Source: Selaginella moellendorffii
Lineage: Eukaryota; Plantae; Lycopodiophyta
Reading direction: 5' to 3'
Assembly (NCBI RefSeq): GCF_000143415.4
Contig: NW_003314279.1
Location: 2,007,090 to 2,071,089 of the forward strand
DNA length: 64,000 nucleotides
A program made the translations under genes and the position numbers. The stretch's first letter is position 1. The number at the start of each line of letters is the position of its first letter. The notes under the pieces are model-generated. The model worked only from the letters and a program-made list of their open reading frames with translations. It was not told where the DNA came from and did no database searches. Shown here piece after piece: positions 57,684 to 64,000 of the stretch.

Positions 57684-57866
57684 TGTTTGAGACTGACGAA
57701 GTATTGTGTGATCACTGTAGCACACCTTATCTCTCTCCCCTTAATGTTTGACACTGACAAAGCATTGTGTGATCACTGTAGCACACTTTATCTCTCTTCC
57801 CTTAATGTTTGACACTGACAAAACATTGTGTAATCACTGTAGCATACTTTATCTCTCTCCCCTTAA
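57684..57866. repeat. 61-bp tandem triplication spanning the flank/LTR junction of the TRIM
   Basis: tgtttgacactgacaaagcattgtgtgatcac|tgtagcacaccttatctctctccccttaa repeated three times. Confidence 0.88.
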
Positions 57867-59050
57867 GCCAACTAGAAAAGGGGCAATTACTTGATAAGAG
57901 AGCCATTAATGGCTATTTTATCCCTATTTATCCCCCAAGGTTCCAAGGATCCACGATGACAGTATATTCAAATCTCATCCCATGATCACATGCGCTACAC
58001 TCACCCCCCCTTCAGAGATGTCAATGTCCTCATTGACTATTGACTAATGTAGACCAGCTGAGCCAAGAGTCCTCGTCCTTTATGCTAGTCAATGTCCTCA
58101 TTGACTATTGACTAGCGTAGACCAGCTAAGCCAAGAGTCCTTGTCCTCATTGACTATTGACTAGCATAGACCAGCTGAGCCAAGAGCCCCCTTCAGAGAG
58201 GACATTGCCCTTCAGAGCTGTCAATGTCAGTGTTAGTCTACAGACTCTATATCAGAGCTGTCAATATCAGTGTTAGTCTATAAACTCTATATCAGAGCTG
58301 TCAATGTTAGTGTGTAGAAACTAGTCTACAGAAGAAGGCAACTAGTCATCCACCCGTACCACAGTCCCACACAAGAGGAAGGATGTACTGCACCCGTACC
58401 ACAGTCCCACACAAGAGGAAGGACGTACTTGCCCTTCAGAGCTGTCAATGTCAATGTTAGTCTATAGACTCTGTATCAGAGCTGTCAATGTCAGTGTTAG
58501 TCTATAAACTCTATATTAGAGCTGTCAATGTTAGTGTGTAGAGACTAGTCTACAGAGGAAGGCAACTAGTCATCCACCCGTACCACAGTCCCACACAAGA
58601 GGAAGGACGTACTGCACTTGTACCACAGTCCCACACAAGAGGAAGGCACACAAGAGGAAGGATGTACCGCAATTACTGCAGTCCTATGGTGGATACCTTC
58701 ATCCGTGGATACTCCACACAAGAGAATGGACGTACGTATGGATATCCAATACGTATAATTTCAAATTTAGAGGTAGGTATATTTTCACAATTTAAGGGTA
58801 AAAATATACCTTGCTCAAGGGTATATTATATTTTTAAGTAGCTACTAATCAATGGGAATCGAACTCGTGCCATTTGCTCCGATACCAACTGTAGCACACC
58901 TTATTTCTCTCCCCTTAAGCCAACTAGAAAAGAGGTAATTGCTTGATGAGAGAGCCTTTAGTGGCTATTTTATCCCCATTTATCCCCAAGGTTCCAAGGA
59001 TCCACAGTGATAGTATATCCAAATCTCATCCCATGATCACATGCGCTACA
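57838..59050 (-). mobile_element. Complete non-autonomous LTR element (TRIM)
   Basis: LTRs 57838-57999 and 58890-59050 (TGTAGC...GCTACA); 5-bp TSD ATCAC (57833-57837 and 59051-59055); PBS TGGTATCGGAGC at 58876-58887; PPT GAAGGGGGGGTGAG at 58000-58013; non-coding interior. Confidence 0.95.
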
Positions 59051-59789
59051 ATCACGTAGGCCCTTCGCGATAGAATTGTCATGGTAGCATGAAACAAAGG
59101 GTGGAAGCGAGTATTAATCAGGAACAACTGTAAATTGAATCAACTATGACAACAAATATGAAAAATTTGCAAAAGGTACACAATATGTTACACAATTCAC
59201 AATTGATATATATCTTTGTGCTGTGTGGGTTATAGCACGAAGATTAGACTTCAAGGTAGGAGGATGGTTTTGAAGTGGAAATAGATTCCCACAACTGTGG
59301 GGTGTATATCTTGTCCAACATTTCCATGGTAGAATTGTGCTTTAATAGTGGAAGATGAACATGGGATGCCAATACCACTGATTTGTAGTTAAAAAGTGGA
59401 TTTTAAATTGATTTTCCTTCTTCATTATAATATGTGTTTTGTCAAGGATTTTGCAAATCCTTACATAAAATGCCTCAATGATTGGAGAGCATAAATTTAT
59501 GTTGCTAAATACAGGAACGACAAGGGTTGCATTCATACAGCAACCATGTCGCAAATCTACATCAAGCAGAAAAACCTCTAGCTTTGGTTTCTTTGAAAAA
59601 AATGAGTCTCGGAAGCATACCCCCATGCGCATTTGATTGAGCCCCCATTGGCAGTCACTGAAAGGTAACCATTGTTCACTACTGTGGGATCCAGGCAGCT
59701 TTCCAGGCTTCGCTGGCGGCGATTCTGTGGTAGTGGTGAAGATCTATGCTCGAGAGGCGAGCCAGATGATGCTAGATGTGCTGGGGGAA

Positions 59790-60360
59790 TCTGAATTGGA
59801 AAGATGAACAATTTCGGCCGGGCAGAGAGCTTTCCTCTGCCGCTGGGAACATCGTGCTACTCCAATATTTTCTTCAGTAACAAGAGCTTCGGCAGATTTC
59901 TCTCAAAGGTGAAATCCTCGCTCCTGGATATTTCTCTGACATTGTTGCTGGGCGGCCAGAGGAGAAGGCACTGGAGGCGATGCATATGCTTGTGCAGGCG
60001 TTTTAAACGTCTTGGACAGTGAGAAGGGTGTGAGGGCCTTCGTGCCGCTGCTAAAGTCCCAGGAATTGCTCAAGGAGCTCTCTTTTATGAACAATGGGAT
60101 CTCCATTGTGCTGCATGGGAGATCGTCACCACCACCATCTCTCTCAAGCTCTTCCACTTCCACAACAACTTGACCGGTGATCAAGGAGCCAGATCTCTCA
60201 CCAGGCTCATCGAGAAGGTTGTCCAGCTCGAGAACTTTCTCTTCTCATCGACTGGAGTTGGGTGGCACTGGCTTCAGCCATCGCTGGTGGATCCAACCTC
60301 AAAGTTCTCAACTTGAGAGACAACAGGTCCTGGAGGTGGTGCTGTGCTTGGAAAATTTCA
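59790..60360 (+). pseudogene. RanGAP (LRR region) gene fragment
   Basis: IFFSNKSFG, SDIVAGRPEEKALEAM, EKGVRAFVPLLKSQELLKELSFMNNGIS, LKLFHFHNNLTGDQGA, broken by frameshifts and deletions. Confidence 0.8.
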
Positions 60361-60439
60361 ATCATGATAAATCTACATACCGTGCCATGAAAAACCCAGA
60401 TTTTGTACATATTAAAGAGCGCTCTACATTTCCCTGGCG

Positions 60440-60800
60440 CTGCTGTTGTTGTCACATATGCAACCAGGAAATGGGTTGTCAAATAAATAGTCTTTGTGCT
60501 TTGGGACAAGAGTGGGAACTCTTAGAGCTGGACCTGTCCTCACTTTGTGCAGCATTTTCACTTGAAACGCAAATTCATCCCAAGACATATTCCCAGCTCC
60601 ATAGCTATCAATGAGCCAAATAAGCTTTCACCTGGAGGAGAGTGGAATGAGTTAGAGAATTAGAGAAACTATAAATGTAGAATGAAGCCATGTTTCCATC
60701 ATGCGTGAACATGAAGACATCGCTCTCAAGTGCAACTGCATCATCCACAGCCGAGAGCCTGTTTTGGTACCTGGCAGTTGAAAGCTCCTCATAAATTGTC
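60440..60800 (-). pseudogene. O-fucosyltransferase-family C-terminal fragment
   Basis: [35 protein letters not shown] ... SWDEFASQVKMLH ... FDNPFPGCIC. Confidence 0.7.
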
Positions 60801-61449
60801 AATCTTGAATGTGAGTACACACGATCTTCAGTGACCTATCTATGTGAAATCAGTGATAGTCTGTCTACTACTGGCAATTCCTGTCATATGATTTCTTGTG
60901 TTCTTGTAACTACTGTTAGTAGAGCAGTGAGACAAAAAAAAAAAAAAAAACAAACAAAAAAAAAGGGGTTTAATGTGTAAATGTGAGCAACATTGGAAAA
61001 ACAATGCATACTTTGTAAGGCCCTTTTTTTATGATGGAAAATGTTTTCAATTATAATTGTGACGGGAGAATAACAACTGAAAAATCACATCCTTTTCCAG
61101 TCTTTCTCCAAAGACTATTAAATTTAAAGATTTAATACAAAATTAGAGTAGTGGTGCAAACATCAAAGAGATTGCAGTAGGTGGCCCTAATTATTTTAAG
61201 ATATATGAACAAATTTAACCATCAAACCGAATAATGAAAAATATTTACAATTATATATTTCAGATACCTCTTGGGCAACATAAATAAGAATGAAAAACAA
61301 ACACAATTCTAAATGCAATGAGCAACTAATAAGTGATCTTGATAAATAATTAAAGAGATAAATCTCTATGCTAATGCATTCACAATATTGTGGAAAATAG
61401 AGAATAAAGTGTTAAATTCAACAAAAATTTAAGGATGTTTAAGTGATAT

Positions 61450-61454
<5 letters not shown>

Positions 61455-61496
<42 letters not shown>
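61455..61496. repeat. (TA)21 microsatellite
   Basis: Direct reading. Confidence 0.97.
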
Positions 61497-61499
<3 letters not shown>

Positions 61500-61716
61500 A
61501 AATTAGATAACTGATCCCAAGATGATACAATGCACCAGGTTCAAATTATTTTAAATCCCAAACCCTAAACAAAAATAATTTTGTTGTACAAAGACGGTAT
61601 TTATTGATGAATATTTCTTATTATATCTACTATATACCATATTTATACAACAAAATTATGTTTAATTTTAATAATATAGTACCGAATCAATGAAATACTC
61701 TTTCAGGGAGGGCTGC

Positions 61717-62048
61717 CTACTTGAGCATGTCATCGAACAACGTGCAAGCCATGTTGATCCTATCCAGCTTACAAAACCCACCAATCAAGCAGCTGTACGT
61801 GATAACATCTGGATTGCAAAACTTGGCCTTCATTTCTCCAACAGCCTGTTCGCTTCCAGCACCCTTCCTGTCTTGCAAAGGCCGTCAATAAGTGTGTTGT
61901 ATGTGTTGATATCCAGAAGGCACCCTGTTGCTGTCATCTCTTCCATCAGCAAAAGTACGGAGTCTACCCTGTTGGTCATGAAAAAGCCATGGATCAAGCT
62001 GTTGTAAGTCACCATGTTTGGCTCAATGCCCCAGACTGTCATTCTCAT
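61717..62048 (-). pseudogene. Inverted fragment copied from the P-class PPR gene (about 47490-47820)
   Basis: GIEPNMVTYNSLIHGFFMTNRVDSVLLLMEEMTATGCLLDINTYNTLIDGLCKTGRVLEANRL vs GIEPNVVTYNSLIHGFCMTNGVDSALLLMEEMTATGCLPDIITYNTLIDGLCKTGRAPEANRL. Confidence 0.9.
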
Positions 62049-63277
62049 GATAATCTATGGAGGATGAAGCTAGGGTTGTGTTGTTTGCAAGTGGTTGTCG
62101 TTCAACTCACTATGGTCACTAAAGCCAAAGTTCTAAATGGAGTTCCAACATCTTGCAATATTGTATGTATCAACTTTATATTCTTCGCACCACTAACGAT
62201 ACCACTGAGTGCTCAATTCTCCTTAAGCTCATTGAGCGCCAACTCAATCACTATGGGCATCTTGTCTTTAACAACATGTGGTACTTTTAACAACACTTGA
62301 CTAATGCATATGAATAGACATCAAACTTTTAAAATGCACTAAATGCAAAAATTATGTATATACTACAAGGTTTTATGCTTGCTAAACACTCAAGGATTTT
62401 AAAATCACTTTTTATAACACTTTATAACCTCTTATACACTTACTATATATTAGATGTTGTTCTCCATTCAAGTAAAAATTTCTCAATCAAAAGAGATGAT
62501 TAAACATGAAATATAAGCATAAACCAACAAAAAGCTTTAAAAAAAGACCTTTAAACTTTTTGTAGAAATCATGAAACCAAACTCTAAAAACATGTATAAC
62601 AATCTTGTAAAAAAGTAAATTTAAAAATCTCACTCAAATACTCTCAAAACACTCACTAAATCTAACAAACACATATCCAAATAAAAAATATAAAGATTTT
62701 GTAACTGCCAATTCCTAAAAAAAAAATTTAGAGCTCGTTGAAAAGCTTTATCTAAGATTTATCTAGCCATGTAAGAAAGATTTATCTGCATTACTTAGAA
62801 TTGCATGAGAATGCCTTAGACATTTTTTACACTCTAAATAAAAGAACCTAAGTGAAAAGCTCTATATATTATTTGATCTTGGATTAAAACTCACATATAA
62901 AGACTCTAGAAAAAGCTTACAAATAAATCTATCTGACAAGTTAAAGAAAGATTAAAATTGTTAGAATTAAAGTTAGCTCTTAAATACTTCACTAATTTAT
63001 CCATCAATATTTACTTTAGCTTTAGACTCTCTAATTCTTATATTATCACCCACTATATAGGTATAATCGACATTAGTTTTCCTAGAGTAATCCCCTTTTA
63101 TTATTCCATATAAATTTACCAAAACCCTGCGCTCCTCCTAGGGTTTGGGAGAGCACAAAGGACCTGCCAACCCTAAAAGTGGTTTCATTCATTTAAGGAA
63201 CTGATTGCTTTGCCCCCTGAATATATTTAGCCCTAGATACTTTAAACATTTAATTTTTCGGTGAGATAGTTTTGACA

Positions 63278-64000
63278 GGATCTTGTTATCCATCTTAGAG
63301 AAGATTATTTTTGAGATTTCCACCAACAAGAGAAGACGAGAAGTTCTTACCATGGAGTTCCAGGGGATGTAGAAGTCGGAGACAGCCGCTGCAAAGTAAA
63401 ACATAGCATGCCTGCCAACTGGTTTCATGGCAGCTCTAACAATCTCTAAATCTGCCACGAAAAACCATCATAGAAACCAGCGTTTGCACTGCACATTTCT
63501 TACTTGGAGGTACTCAAAGAGCGTAGTGAACTCGAGCTTCAAGAGCTTCTTCTGGAGCACCGCCTGTTTTGATTCTTAAGAACTCAAGAAGAGAAACAAG
63601 AACTGAGCTTACAGAATGATGTCCTGTGACTTCCCGAGTCACAACATCAAACCATTTTTCTCGTGCTGCGAAGCGGGAGTTAAACTCTCGAAGAAATAAA
63701 TGGCAGATTTCACTTACCCCAGATTGATCCATCCACAGGCTCGAGACATTCTTGTATGGGATTATCCGGCAGCGAGCGGCAAAATGGCTGCATAGATCCT
63801 CTAAAAAGTATTTCATGAAAGTAGCCATTTGCAAAAGAAAAAACAGAGTGCTGCTTGCCTCCGATGAAGGCAAATCAACATCATAGTCACTTGCCAGGAA
63901 GTACCTTGCAACAAAAAAAAAAGAAAAAATCATAAAAGAAGAATGAGTAGAAAGAATAACGCACTCTGTGGAGGCTGCTCCTCGACTCCCCGAGCTGAAA
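63278..64000 (-). pseudogene. Second, inverted PPCS/COAB fragment (runs off the window end)
   Basis: Reverse-complement near-copy of about 52055-52760 including introns; FSSGSRGAASTE is intact but there is a frameshift near 63875; 3'-truncated after MDNKI. Confidence 0.88.

Noticed and set aside
58010-58680. CRISPR-like repeat-spacer array
   Set aside because: Eukaryotic DNA; repeats are contiguous with no unique spacers and lie inside an LTR element

Overview
Gene-dense eukaryotic (land plant) nuclear DNA with very short GT-AG introns (about 45-65 nt), many intronless PPR genes and a microbial-type terpene synthase. This combination points to a lycophyte, most likely Selaginella moellendorffii (inference). 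The core (about 4.2-51.8 kb) has tightly packed genes: DLDG1/CemA-like, an EF-hand/CTFxP-repeat protein, a TFIIIC tauB WD40 subunit, PLS- and P-class PPRs, a TRM/LONGIFOLIA protein, a very large protein kinase, an atypical 2-Cys peroxiredoxin, a CaaX/RVxF protein, a UGT, a small EF-hand protein, an F-box/WD40 protein, a PMIR-like C2 protein, DUF1644 and MTPSL. Both ends are decayed. 0.4-4.1 kb holds a shredded DLDG1 copy, a Merlin/IS1595-type transposase relic and a PPR pseudogene. 51.9-64 kb holds gene fragments (PPCS twice, PPR, purple acid phosphatase, RanGAP, O-fucosyltransferase), LTR-retrotransposon remains and a complete TRIM with TSD. Most notable observations: (1) intronless PPR ORFs repeatedly start 34-205 bp after the stop codon of an unrelated same-strand gene, suggesting dicistronic or 3'-UTR-hosted expression; (2) two identical isolated B-boxes lie directly upstream of the TFIIIC subunit gene, suggesting TFIIIC autoregulation; (3) the Merlin relic has decayed through C>T/G>A changes; (4) the 2-Cys Prx lacks the YF helix. 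Exon boundaries were read by eye and are approximate, and family assignments rest on recalled motifs, not database searches.
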